The translations under genes and the position numbers were made by a program. Shown one piece after another: positions 25,901 to 37,830 of a stretch of 64,000 nucleotides of DNA (positions are counted from its first letter, which is position 1; every line of letters begins with the position of its first letter). Source of the DNA: Nemertoderma westbladi (taxonomy: Eukaryota > Animalia > Xenacoelomorpha); the NCBI GenBank assembly GCA_032718475.1, contig JAUCBJ010000877.1, positions 62,001-126,000 on the forward strand, in the 5' to 3' direction. The notes beneath the pieces were generated by a model. That model was not told where the DNA came from. It ran no database searches and saw only the letters and a list, made by a program, of their open reading frames with translations.

Positions 25901-27180
25901 AGAATAGGTTCGTCCAAGTTCGATGTCTTCCTCAAGGTTCTGGATTTCTCGATCGAACTGGGGTAAGGCCAACTCCTTCACCGCTTGGACTTGTTACTGC
26001 AATTTGCGTTTCTCCAAACAATCGTAAGTTCCTTTTCCGATCTTCTGCCGAATAGCATCTAACGCGTTTCGTACAACGCTCTCCTCGACTTCGGTGATGG
26101 GTTGTATCGGGGTTAACCCAGGACGATTGTATGGGTTGAACGGCGATATTAGATGTCCGCGTCCCAATCCGGCTAAGTAGGATAGGCGAATATCTAGCGA
26201 GCCCACTACCGGAGTGCCACCGATTAATTGTTCGGGTAACACAAGATCTTTGAACAGTGAATACAGTTCAGGAGGATCCGTTATACTATTAGGATCAAGA
26301 GTTTGAGGTCTCACTAGGGAATGAGGAGGTCTGACCGAGTATTCCGGAACTCTGATCATGGGTTTATTCAAGGATCGTTTGAGTCGAGCGATCGTAGGTG
26401 ATACGTCGAACAAGTTTCGCTCGAAACTCCCATAAGTATAGCGAGTAAAACTGTGTTTAGCGCAACATCTCTGCGGATGTTTATGTCTTTCCATTTGTTG
26501 GTTGGGTCTAGGGCATTCATCGCAATAATACCAAAGACGCACGTCCTGTAGAGGAAACGCGGGTGACCATTCTCCAGTTTTACAATATGTTCGAAGCTAT
26601 CCGGGACAACAGGTAGCGGTCGATCGGCGGTAAGATACATCATAGTGAAATAGAGCCGTTTGAGTTCTATCATAGGGTCATGATGTATACCTTGAGGATA
26701 TCGAGTTTCTAGATTTTGTTGGCTGGCAATATTGAGATATGTTTCTCTCAAGAATTCCAGATATTCGTTGAAGTCGCTGCGTTTATCCGGCTCTTCAACG
26801 TCTTCTCTTTCGAGTCGGTTTCGAATAGAATTCTCGTGTTCGTTTCTCAGTTTATCGTTCCGACTCCGCTGGGTATGATATTTAAAGAGAACCATTTCCC
26901 TTTCGGTGTCTACATCGTCCGTATCGTGTAAATCGATAGGATGGCCAGTAGTTAAGAAGTCCATATACGTACCATTACGATGCGTGTAGCGAGCGGTGAA
27001 TTTTCTATAGTCCAACTCACGCGTGAGTTGTTCCTTGGACATTGGCGGTTCGATATAACAGCCATCGTCCTCCGTAGTAGTGGGACTAGCGTCGCCGAGT
27101 ATTAGGCTATCAACAAACGCTTGCAACGGTAGGGAATATCGCTCCCTGATACCAAGATCATCTTCTATCAACTCAGTCAT
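22933..27180 (-). pseudogene. Decayed ~1400-aa ORF: unknown N-terminal half, DEDDy 3'-5' exonuclease (WRN/EXD/RNase D-like), three CCHC zinc fingers, basic C-terminus
   Basis: ORFs 26368-27180, 25994-26542, 24887-25981, 24389-24646, 23559-24392, 23262-23483 and 22933-23340 chain by in-frame stops and frameshifts. Motifs: VVTYDNEG (ExoI), LPQPVLEMLFNERILKICSAVYGD (ExoII, manually translated 24740-24820), FVDTQ, SIGHLA, PLTAPGVVYSFMSV (ExoIII position); CRLC-x4-H-x9-C, CAYC-x5-H-x4-C, CHHC-x4-H-x4-C; KKLRKRRSRKKD. Confidence 0.75.
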
Positions 27181-27800
27181 AGCTGCTATATGAGTTTATC
27201 AATATTATAATTAATTATAATTAGGCTAGCGGGCGTCGCTGCCTACCCCTCACTGCCCCCGGACAGCGCAAGATCCTCAGCGCCGATGTACTGTTGTCGC
27301 GGTGCTTATCGCCAACGTAGTAGCTACACAACGACAACAATAACCAGCGCGAGTCACTCCACTGTCCGTCCCAAGGGCTTAGATTTACTTCAGGTTCTTA
27401 CTGCAGAGGTAGGGCTACTTTCACAACTGCGACTAGCTACTGTAAACACACGTTAGTAGCAACATTCACCTATAAACGAACAAATTCCACACAACTGTCA
27501 CAAATTGTACACATTCGGGCCATTTGTCCGTTAGTCAAGTGCCTTCCAGAATGCCACGTTATTATTATGTATCCTTGGATACTAGCAGTGCGCTATTTAT
27601 TCCGTATGCTTTTCAATGGGGCAAGCTTTCTATTGTTCTTTTAACTCGCCTCTAATTTTAGCGTGGTTGTTGCTATGGTGACATTATGAAAAGCTAGCAG
27701 TAGAATTAGGGTAATTCTCATGCATACAGATCTGGGATGCTATTTAATAGTAATTCTTTAATTGTCAATATTCACTTTTATGATTTACATGATTTACATG

Positions 27801-27861
<61 letters not shown>

Positions 27862-27919
27862 ATTTTGTGAATTTTATCGGCTATTGACTATACATTGGAG
27901 AATCTCTCACACTAATATC

Positions 27920-29106
27920 TCAGACCTTTAGCAGTTTAACCTGCCAATTTTAGGTGTCCTCTTGTTTATAAATCGACTTTAGCCTATAACAATTATTTAA
28001 TACACATGAAGTAACATTAGCCGAAGCCAGTCTATGCGCGATCATTCACCCACAGTTAAGGGAGACTGGATTCGGGTGCTTTGAAGTTATTGCGTTGCAG
28101 ACCTACTGTATTATTCGATTGATCATTACTATATAATCTCTGACAATATTATTCACTTTCGGGGAAATATTAACAGTTCCTTTGGGACGTGGCGCTTTAA
28201 CTATAAAACAGAGTTATGACTTATACTAAACACAACGAGATGGCTACTGATTTTCGTAAATAGCGCATTGTTTAGGAGATGCTTTATTATCTTTCACACT
28301 GCTGCATACGACTTCACACTGCTGCACACTGATCTGCCGACCGTCACTGAATTTGACCATATATAAGGAGGATAGCAACTGACTCATGTAGGGATTATGA
28401 AATAGCATTTAATTCACACTAAAACCACTATAATGTAAGTCGCAATTGCTACCGGTAACCGGTCCCGCTTACCTTCAGTAATCAAGAAGATTGGGGGTTT
28501 TATGATTATTTATCGGTATTCTCCAAATATAACAACATATCCATCAACATATAACAATTAATAACGGACAGTAAACAGAAGTAAAATAATGCGGTGATAT
28601 TCAGCCAGTACATTGAGTCAGTACAGCAGTAGAAGGTGATCGGTTGTTATGGTTAGTTGCACAGTTGCACAGTGCAGTTGACAAGATAATAGATTTACGT
28701 TCTTATAATCAAAGCCGTCTAATGTTGGCCAAAGTCTGAAACTTCTAACACAGAAGTACAGAAGAATTTCCAAGCAGTTGTTCTCGCTCAGAAAGGTCAA
28801 CAAAGACCGTAATGCATTGCGAGGTTTTCCGTAGGCCTCTGTGCAAGATAAAATGAAAATCGCTCTGATTGGCCGAGTCTGAACAAAGAGAGGCTCCACG
28901 TGTACAGTAAACCAGCTGACAGATTTCGTCATTGGAGTTCCAGTCTTTTAGAGTATTAGGCGTATTGCGGCAGAAAATGGCTTGTTATGTCCGCTAAAAC
29001 ACCTACAGGGTACATTGCGGAGAAAATGGCTTGTTATGTCCGCTAAAACAACTAAACAGTTCATTGCGGAGAAAAATGACTGGTTATATCCGCAAAAGCT
29101 TTTACA
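27920..29106 (-). repeat. 5' LTR (missing its last ~11 bp)
   Basis: Near-identical to 21670-22854. Homology starts at tcagacc instead of tgttcgcgctttcagacc. Confidence 0.92.
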
Positions 29107-29171
29107 CGCAGTGTCCGCAAATTATACATTGTAAAAAAATATTTAAAAAAATTTAAAGATATTATTGAAAT

Positions 29172-29385
29172 TAATTTCCGAAATTAACATCCCGAAATTA
29201 ATTTATGGACGTCCATTAATTAGTTATTTCATTACGATTCTGATTGGTTGATAGATTAATTTCGGGACGTCCATAAATTAATTTCGGGACGTCCATAAGT
29301 TAAATTTGGGACGTCCATAAGTTAATTTCGGGATGTCCATATAGTTAATTTCGGGACGTCCATAAATTAATTTCGGGACGTTCAG
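29172..29385. repeat. ~21-bp tandem repeat (taatttcgggacgtccataaat), with inverted copies at the left
   Basis: About 6 direct units at 29257-29385; related reverse units at 29172-29220. Confidence 0.85.
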
Positions 29386-29769
29386 ATTATTATACATACT
29401 CCTCCTTTAAAGAAGCCCCATTCAACTCCTGTTATAACACTGTGTACTCTATTAATGCCTCAGTGGGCGGACTCCAGTACTGCAAGGCTCAGCGCCGGGT
29501 AAGTTAACAATCTGTCAATAATAAAAATGAAAGCGAGCCGACATTTAGTCAGATCCACCAAATGGATGCCCAAGGAGTCAGACTGTCTGGATTGAGCCGA
29601 TTCGAGTTAAATCGCTTCGCCAAAACGACCAAGTAGCCAATAGGAATACACTTCATTTTTTTGGTGATTTTGGTCATTTTGGCCGCCAAAACGACCAAGT
29701 TAATGTTTATTGGGATTGGGACTGTACAGTCTGAAGGGGCAAAGTTGAAGGAAGCGGTCCGGTGAGTCA

Positions 29770-30353
29770 GGCATATTGGGATTTTGTGAAGCCAGTTAAA
29801 ATCCCGGTGTCACAGGCGAAAATTTTGAAGGAATTTTGAAAAAAATCAATAAGGGCCGAGTTACTGTACGAAACTTTGAAGTATGCTTCGAGGGCCCAAG
29901 TGGACCCAAATACTGGGACTTTAAAAAGTCGTTTTTTGTGGAAAATAGTGTTAAGCGATTTAGTAGAGAATGAAGGGTTATTCCTTCCTAAATGCCAGAT
30001 GATTGGGTTTCTCGAGATATTTCGCTTCGAATATCGGGTTTTTTTTGTGAGTCGCAAATATTCGCCCTCACTTTTCAGGAGAAAAACTCTCTCGAATCAA
30101 AAACTAAATGAGTCGGAATAGTTACTACCCCTTAGATCTGTCTATTAAAAAAAGTTGCAAGATCGTAGCTCCGATTATAAAAATAGCGTGGAATGCCGTT
30201 TTTCCATTTTTGCGCATTTACGATATTTACAATTATTGCGACTTCGTTTATTGCAACTTCCCGACCGCTTTGGAAAAAAGTGGTTGATATTTCTGCCAGA
30301 GCTATCTTTCCTCTATCCAACAACGAAAAAATCGTAATAAAATCGGAATATAT
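29770..30353. mobile_element. Probable DNA-transposon/MITE remnant, target of the LINE insertion
   Basis: Non-coding repeat-like sequence whose last ~105 bp are duplicated at 33733-33838. Confidence 0.35.
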
Positions 30354-33300
30354 TTTTCATTCTCTATACACCTCCAACGAGGTAAAATAACACTATTATC
30401 ACATATAATTATAGCATAATATATATAGTCAGTCACATATAGTCATATAGTTACATACAATAACATAAAAATAGTTCAATTATATATTAATACAGCAAAT
30501 AAGCACAGGGAATAGGAGCACAAATAGTATTTAGTTCGGCATAAGTTATGTAGTTGCAAGTATGTGTATTGGCGGGCATGCGGCACATTGTAGAACATGA
30601 TATCGCTGTGTGAAATATCGCTGTGTGAAATATCGCTGTGTGAAATATCGCTGTTGCTGATATCGAGATATCGCTGTGTATCGCTATCGTGAAAGTGTGT
30701 GGAAAGGCTTTTCGTTTGTATAGAGTTTATGGTGAAAACCGTGGGCGGTCGTCCTGGCAATGATGTGTCGGTTTGTCTGTTTGGCCAGTTTCCATGTAGA
30801 TGTAGTAAATGCCGGTCCCATTTCGTAGAGTTCAGAAAGAAAATTGTTTTCTCGGTCCTGTCTAAATTCATGGAATTTTTCAAGTACACCAGTGTCAAAA
30901 ATGGTTGGATATTTTAGTAAAATGTCAGCAATGAATTTTTTTCTCCCTGAGTAGGTGCAGCGCCAACGTCGATGAAGGTGATATATGTAGACCCAGCATT
31001 ATCTTTATGTGTGTTGTATATGTGTGTATGTGTCGGTATATTACCTTTAGGTGTGATAGCTTAAGAAAACGAGCGAATATTGGAAAGGCATATAGGGCAA
31101 TGGGTGCAATTTTCATGTGAAATATTCGTAGACCTGTTTCAATGGAAACGAGCTGCAAGTTTGTTATTGATGCAATAATCCTATAGCACTTTTTCTTTTT
31201 CGATTTTATGTGTTCACTGAAGCTGAGTGAAGTTTGTACTATTACCCCCAGATATTCATACTGGTTGCAGATTGGTACGGTTTGACCCCTGTAAGTAAAG
31301 TTATCAGTGCAAGCTACTGTAGGTGCCCTCCTTTGCGAAATTTAATTATCTTTGTCTTGTCCATATTAACTTCCATATTTTTGTTTATACACCAGGTGTG
31401 AGTTATGTTTAGAGCGTTTTCAATTGCCTGTTTGTCTGTTGAATAAAAAACAAGATCGTCCGCATAGAACAAGAACTTTAAGTGTGTAATTGCCTGACGT
31501 AACATAGTTGCCAAGTCAGCGATAAATATAATAAAACACATGGGCGAAAAGCAGTCTCCCTGTAGTATGCCTTGGAACTGCATAATTTTGTCGGTGATGC
31601 AAAGCCCATCGAAAATATGAATATAGTTAAATTGTAATAAATCCTTGATCACGTCAAACAGTTTACCTTTGATGCCAAAGTCAAAGATTTTCGACAGCAG
31701 AATCGCTCGGTGTACAAAATCAAAGGTTTTACGAAAATCAATGAAGCAGACGTATACTTTCCTATCCTCTCAGTTAGCTGATTGTAAGGCTGTGGCTATG
31801 AATGTAAGTAAGATTTGTATGGCGTGGGAACAACATCTGCTAGGTCGAAATCCGAACTGCTCGTCAGGAAAAAGTTGTGAAACAAACAAACCTACACGAG
31901 TATTGATTATGGAAGTAAACGTTTTTAACAGAACTGAAATCAAGGCGATTCCCCTACAGTTATTGGGGTTGTTTATTGCTCCGTTCCCTTTGTAAAGAAT
32001 CATAATGAGGCTTTCTTTCCAAAGAAGCGGTATCCGTCCTAAGTTGAGGCACGCGTTGTATAAAGTCACTAGTATCGTTAGGGTAAACGGCATTGTTAAT
32101 TTAAGATGCTCGTAGTAAATCAAATCTAAACCATTGGCTTTCCCATTAGCGGAATTATTAATGCTGGCTGTAATTTCATCTTCTGTTATAGGCGAGTTAA
32201 ACCATTGTTCATCTTGTCGTTCCTCAACAGAGGTTGAGGGAATGGTTGGTGGGTTTGGGGGGTCAATGGTGGCTCCGACTAAGTTTTGAAAGGGTCAATG
32301 GGCGTGAATGTCTGTTGATGCTTCTTGAAAATTAGCCATGGCTTGGTCTCAGAACGATCTATCAGAGCCAGTAGCATTTCCTCGCTGTGCGCCTCGCGTT
32401 TTCCTTTTATTAATGATTTATATTGTTTCCTCCAGAAGGGTGTCAAGTGGTAAATAGAGAACAATAATAAAATATGCGATTAAAGTTTTGATAATGATGT
32501 ATGTAGCAGCTTGCTTGATGCTGGAAGGATTTAAATGCGATTTGCATAAATCCATAAGATCCCCCGATGGACATCCCTAGTTGGTTTGACAGCTGCCTCC
32601 GAGAAGCAGTAGTATAATTAGTGGCGTAATGTGAGACATCAGTGTATAGAGTTTCAGTCAGGAGCACAACATCTGCGTTGCCATAAAGTTCAGAGTCAGT
32701 CAGAGTGTCTGCTAAATATTGAAGTCCCTCCACATTCGAACACATACCTTTGTGCACCGATCCTAGTCCCTGTTGCTAATATCCGTATTCCTTCATGTAT
32801 TTCCTCCATACGTGTTACCGGAACTCTCGCGTTGTTGAAGACGCAACTCCTGCCGGTCTTGTTCACTGAGTCGATAGTTGCGGATAGTGATTCCGGTCAT
32901 CCACAACACCGGGTTCATGACTTCCTCGCGATTTTTCTGGTTACATATGATATGAAAGCTCTTGAACATCGAGGTGCCATCCTTCAGTGGTAGCTCGTTG
33001 ACATCCTCAAAAGTAATATTTTCACCCCTGAGGAAACCGGCAATCTTCCTTCGTTGTTTCATTGTGTAAGCGGCTGATGTGAATGTGAGCTCATCCACCA
33101 TTTGCGGGTTCCACTGGTGCTGCAGCGTGGAGAAGGCCATCCGCCCTACTTCCCCGAACTAAAGGCCGTGGTTGGTATACTGACTGGTGGATGTCGTTTG
33201 CGTGTGCGAATTGGTGGTGTTGTTTGGTGGAGTTTGACATGTAGTTGGAGTTTCCAACTGAACTTTGGCATCGATCCGAGTCCGAGGCAGCAGCAACGGA

Positions 33301-33732
33301 CGCAGGGGTGCACCATGCGGCGTCGCGGCCACGAGAGTTCGCCCCGGCGTTTCCACTTCCCCGAACAGCGTTGCTGTAAGGACGGCGAGTGGGATATACG
33401 GATGGCAGGTGTGCGTTTCCTTGTGGTTGGTGTCGGCTGTCACCATCCCTAAGAAACTCTAGCAGCTCGTTCTTTGCTGCCAGCGTTTCCTTGCGAGCAT
33501 CGGCAACATCCTTCCTCATTTCGGCCAGATCACCTAATGAGGCTGTGTACAATGAACCTAGCGCCATAAGCCAGTCCATTAACTGTTTCTCGTCATCGTT
33601 TGATGTACTTTTCTTGTGGCGGATTGTTCTAATAATAGACAGAATGTTGTTCTGGATTGCAGTAAAGCTGTCAGATTCAGCCATGTTAGACTAGCGGTAC
33701 TGCTGCAGTACAGCAGTAGTTGCGATCAGTTA
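30354..33732 (-). mobile_element. Decayed two-ORF non-LTR retrotransposon (APE + RT; CR1/RTEX-like group)
   Basis: ORF1 33684 to 32793 with C-terminal FKSFHI...VMNPVLWMTGITIRNY. ORF2: NVEGL...DVVLLTET (APE start), PNNCRGIAL, EQFGFR, FIDFRKTFD, GILQGDCFSP, FYADDLV, KTKIIKFRKGG, YEYLGV. Flanked by ~105-bp direct repeats. Confidence 0.9.
30598..30690. repeat. 15-bp tandem repeat atatcgctgtgtgaa inside the LINE 3' region
   Basis: About 5-6 units, decaying to the right. Confidence 0.85.
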
Positions 33733-34809
33733 TATTGCAACTTCCCCGACCGCTTTGTAAAAAAGTGGTTGCTATTTCTGCCAGAACTATCTTTCCTCTA
33801 TCCAACAACGAAAAAATCGTAATAAAATCGGAATATATAGACGTAAGTGCACGTCACAGATAATTTTCTTCTGGATATCATGTTGAAAAACCTATCAGTT
33901 TTGACAGTTTATGAGCTTGGAGACAAATCAATCTCATCTAATCTCATCTATAATGTCATGGGTCTTTGAGTATATTCATGTGAAAAACTGTTTAAATTTA
34001 AAAATTGCTCTACAGAGTGCTATCCTGGAAATTCATCGGTCTGGTTATCGGAGATGAAAGACCGGGTTTTATGTTTCGTAGTGCGTTATTTTCATGGCGT
34101 TATTTATCGGTAGAGGCAATCAATACATAACCAATGCTAAAAGCTCAACGCCTAACTGGTAAATGCAGGTTGTACTGTAATTGGGCAAGTGTAATTGTAA
34201 ATTAACAATTATTAGTTCTCTGAAAGACATTGAAAGTGCGGATTATCTCATAAAAGTAATGAATGATGCATGCTGCAGCAATGCAGCATGATGCCGATTG
34301 TAGATAGATTATTTATTATCATACTGAAATACACAAATGCACAAAGTCCAGAGGAACGCATCTGGATCTGATAATAACTACACACAATAATAAATAGTAT
34401 GTAAAAAAAAAAACTAGATAGATTTACATATTTTAATAATAATTATTATATATTCAGACAATTTTTAATGATGAGTCGAAAAGTGATACTGATTTGTGTT
34501 ACAATTATTATTACCATCGTAATCTTAAACTTTTCACATGATGTAATGGTGATAGTTGATGACAGTGCACCTCTTCGAAGTAGGATAATTAAACTTTCAA
34601 TGGAGAAAAACCAAACCTTATTAAACAATGAAAAAGTGTACACTACAAATTCTACGAAACAACCAGTTGATAGATTTATTATAGAGAATCCCAGGGCGTG
34701 CCATAATATTACAAACGGTAACCCAAGTTTTATTATCCTTCAACTTATAAAAACGCGACCGTCATCTACAGAAAAACGACTCGCTATTCGCGAAACATAT
34801 GCAACGAGA

Positions 34810-37800
34810 GAAAGCCGCCCCAATATTAGATTATTACAACAACATATCCATTGGGTAAGAAAGTGGAGGAGAGCCAGCCCGTCTCTTAATTTTTTACTTT
34901 ATATTACGCGATCAATTTTCACTCATCTCGTCATGAACCCAACATGTATGTAACCTTTTGTTAAATTTGTTGGCTATGCGTTTGCGGTTGTTTGGGCGGA
35001 GTGTGGTAGGCCTACACTTTTCACACTTAAATATTTTGGTTGTCAAATGTTACAGGGCATAGCTATCTGAGATATTTCATTTATATTTTATTATGAGAGG
35101 AAGAAGAACATACAACGTTATTTACTATATATGTAACAAAATAATTGTTTTCGGGTTTAACTTGGAAGCCTCCCCAAATAGTTGATATACAATTATATTT
35201 AAAATTATTTCCATGGTCATGGTCATTCACCCGTCTTTAGTTAGAAATTTGTTTGCATGAAAGACAGTTTAGTTTAGTTTTTACTGATTTATTATCTCTT
35301 ATCTGACTGGGGTAATAATAAAGGATAGGATAAATGGAAGCAAAGTGTGACAGTAACAAATATTTCCCCGTCACCCTAGCATGTCTTAAGAATATGATAT
35401 ATCAAAGGGGGAAGTTTGGATTCACTGCATAAATGCAGTTCACCAAACTTCCCCCGAATGCACACTGTAACTTCCCCCTTCCCACAAATATCCACTGTTG
35501 AATTAATTTGAAGCGATATAATAAGTACAAAATTGTGCGAATTTTTAATTGTGTGGTCCAATTGTTATTTGATTTCTATTTATTATTTAAAGTGCATTTA
35601 ATATCACACTGGTTTTTAGAATATTATACTATACAACCTTATGTTTTATTAATTTACCCAATCGAAGCCTCATAAGGGCCGGTTATTTGTACGCATATCC
35701 CCTAATGCGCTCAGTAAGGTCCAAACAACATATTAATATGAAAATAAAGTATCTGCAAAGAAAAGAACCCAATACTATATAATTTTTTGACCTTATTAAA
35801 AAATTTGTACTTTTGCACACTTATTTGTACAAATTCACTTTAGCAGATCGTAATGGTGGCTCTTATTTAACAAACTTATGTTTATCCTCTACCGATCTAC
35901 GATGGTGTATGATCAAGTGTCAGTCGCTAAAAGTGTCAAAAATCCAATTTAATAAATCTGGATTTGCGATTTTGGACCATATTCATGGACATTTTTAAGT
36001 CACTTTATAGACATAAAAAGTTAAACAAATGTTACGATTATAGTTAGAAATCATTCCAAACTACATTTTAATCCAAAAAATAACATTCTACGATGAATAG
36101 AACTGGAAATAACAGTGTTTGAAATATCGAAAAAATGTTCACTATTTAAGTGCATTTTGCACTAAGTGCACATAAGTCTTTTCCCAAGTTTTATCCTATT
36201 TCACACACTACAATCTATCCTCTATCCAATGAAAAAAGTTTCAGATTAAACGGCCCTGTAGAACCGAAGTTATTGATGTTTAAAAATAGTCACTCGAAAA
36301 TTTCAAATTCTCTTGGTCACATAGTCTAGTGGTTATCAATTACGTTAATGAAACCTAAGTTCGCGGGTTCGAAATCCAATATTGACCTGACCATTCTTAA
36401 TTTTTTTGCAAAAAAAATTATTTTTATTTTTTCACTAAAATCGCTCTAACTTCGGTTCTGGTGGTCCAAATTCAATAAAATTGGTATATTCTTTGCCGTA
36501 ATTTTTTTCTTAATCTTTTGAGAAGGGGTTATTTTTGGCCCCAAAAAAATTAAAAAAAAGGGCTAAAATAACGCGATATTTTTCGACCCTTAGAATTCGT
36601 AATTTTAATTATATATGTTAAGATAAAAGATAGCGGAGTTAATTTGATACTTTTTACAGGTACTTTTGGCGCAATACGCTAAATTATAATGGAATAGCGA
36701 TTTGTTAAAAAAAAAAATTTTTCGTCCCTTTTTATAAATATTATATTTCACACGATCGCCTGCCGCTCCAGTTTTATAATACCTCCGGCGCTGTGATTAA
36801 CGCTGTTAGATAGATAATTTAACGCACTATAAGTCTGTGTAAACAAATCTCCCGTAAATTAAGTAGTTTTCGAGCTAGACGATTTCCCGCGAAGCAAGTT
36901 TGAAGCGCGAAATTATAATTTTGGCCCTCATTTTTTTAATATCATCCTTGGAGCAAAACCGATAGCATATTTGAATTCCCCGTATGGATATTGACTGTAT
37001 AGAATGTACCTTAACCAACTAAAGTTAAAAATAAAAAATTATTCGATAAAAACTACTTTACAAATTCGGGCCCTTTTTGGCCCCTATTGCCGACATATTT
37101 TTTGTACCCCCATTCGATAGGAACGTAGCCCCAATGGTCTTCTACGAGTTTCATAAAAGAATTAGTGGATTCCTACCCGCGTTGTCGAATTAAACATTTC
37201 GGAAATAAGTTTTACAAAAAAAGACGGACAAAAACGTACAAATTTACAGCCCCTTTTTCCACCCGAAATTTTAATAAATATCTTACCCCCATTCGATACG
37301 AAGGTAGTACCAGTACGAAGTTAGTTACTTTCGTCCCCGTACGATTAATATTAGCCGAGTTATAGCGGATCCCGCAAAGTCATTTTGTCCGTTTTTTCAA
37401 CTTCGACGGACATTTTCGGAAAAAAGGCGTGGTAATCTTTTTAGAAAAAAAAAACGAATTCACTAATTAATCCCTTCTATCGTATCCCGGCGTCGGCTAA
37501 GCAATAACCTAGGGTTTTTTCGAGCCACTGTAGAGCGCCTTTTAAAATTTTAAAATTGTCGAAAAAATGACGGATTTTTGTCCGCCGTGTCCGTCGAAGG
37601 GTTAGATTTAATAATGTTAGAGTTGCTAATATCTTAGAATTCCGAGCCGCTCCCCTGGTGAGAAAATAAAAAAATTTGGTCTGTTCCTTCATCGAAAAGT
37701 CCCCCAGAATCCCAAGTTAACCTATATAGTTAGGGATGGCCTGCGGCTTTAGGAGCGGCCGCGGTATTCACCTCCCTCATAGCGGCCGCGGCGGTGTTGC

Positions 37801-37830
37801 GTCAAATGGAGAAATATTTATCCCACCAAG
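34810..37830. mobile_element. Composite non-coding insertion (probable DNA transposon remnants) disrupting the glycosyltransferase
   Basis: Its removal rejoins RETYATR-KVINGT. Interior is non-coding and MITE-like; no clear TSD. Confidence 0.6.
36316..36378 (+). other. Degenerate tRNA-like (SINE-head-like) remnant
   Basis: A-box-like tagtctagtggtt and B-box-like gggttcgaaatcc at tRNA spacing. No complete cloverleaf. Confidence 0.35.

Larger units (their letters stand above)
21659..29106 (-). mobile_element. LTR-bounded BEL family 1 derivative lacking gag-pol and carrying an exonuclease/zinc-finger ORF
   Basis: Near-identical direct LTRs at 21659-22854 and 27920-29106; 5-bp TSD cgcag at 21654-21658 and 29107-29111; purine tract next to the 3' LTR; no RT or IN motifs inside. 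Confidence 0.92.

Noticed and set aside
22933-27180. Envelope gene or gag of a nested element
   Set aside because: No signal peptide, transmembrane segment or capsid motif is seen, and no pol follows. The zinc fingers follow an exonuclease-like domain.
36316-36378. Functional tRNA gene
   Set aside because: Only A/B-box-like words are present; acceptor and anticodon stems do not pair.
34855-37830. GT-AG intron rescuing the glycosyltransferase (gtaaga at 34855)
   Set aside because: Nearby AG acceptors give the wrong phase, and the downstream stop and frameshift would still inactivate the gene.
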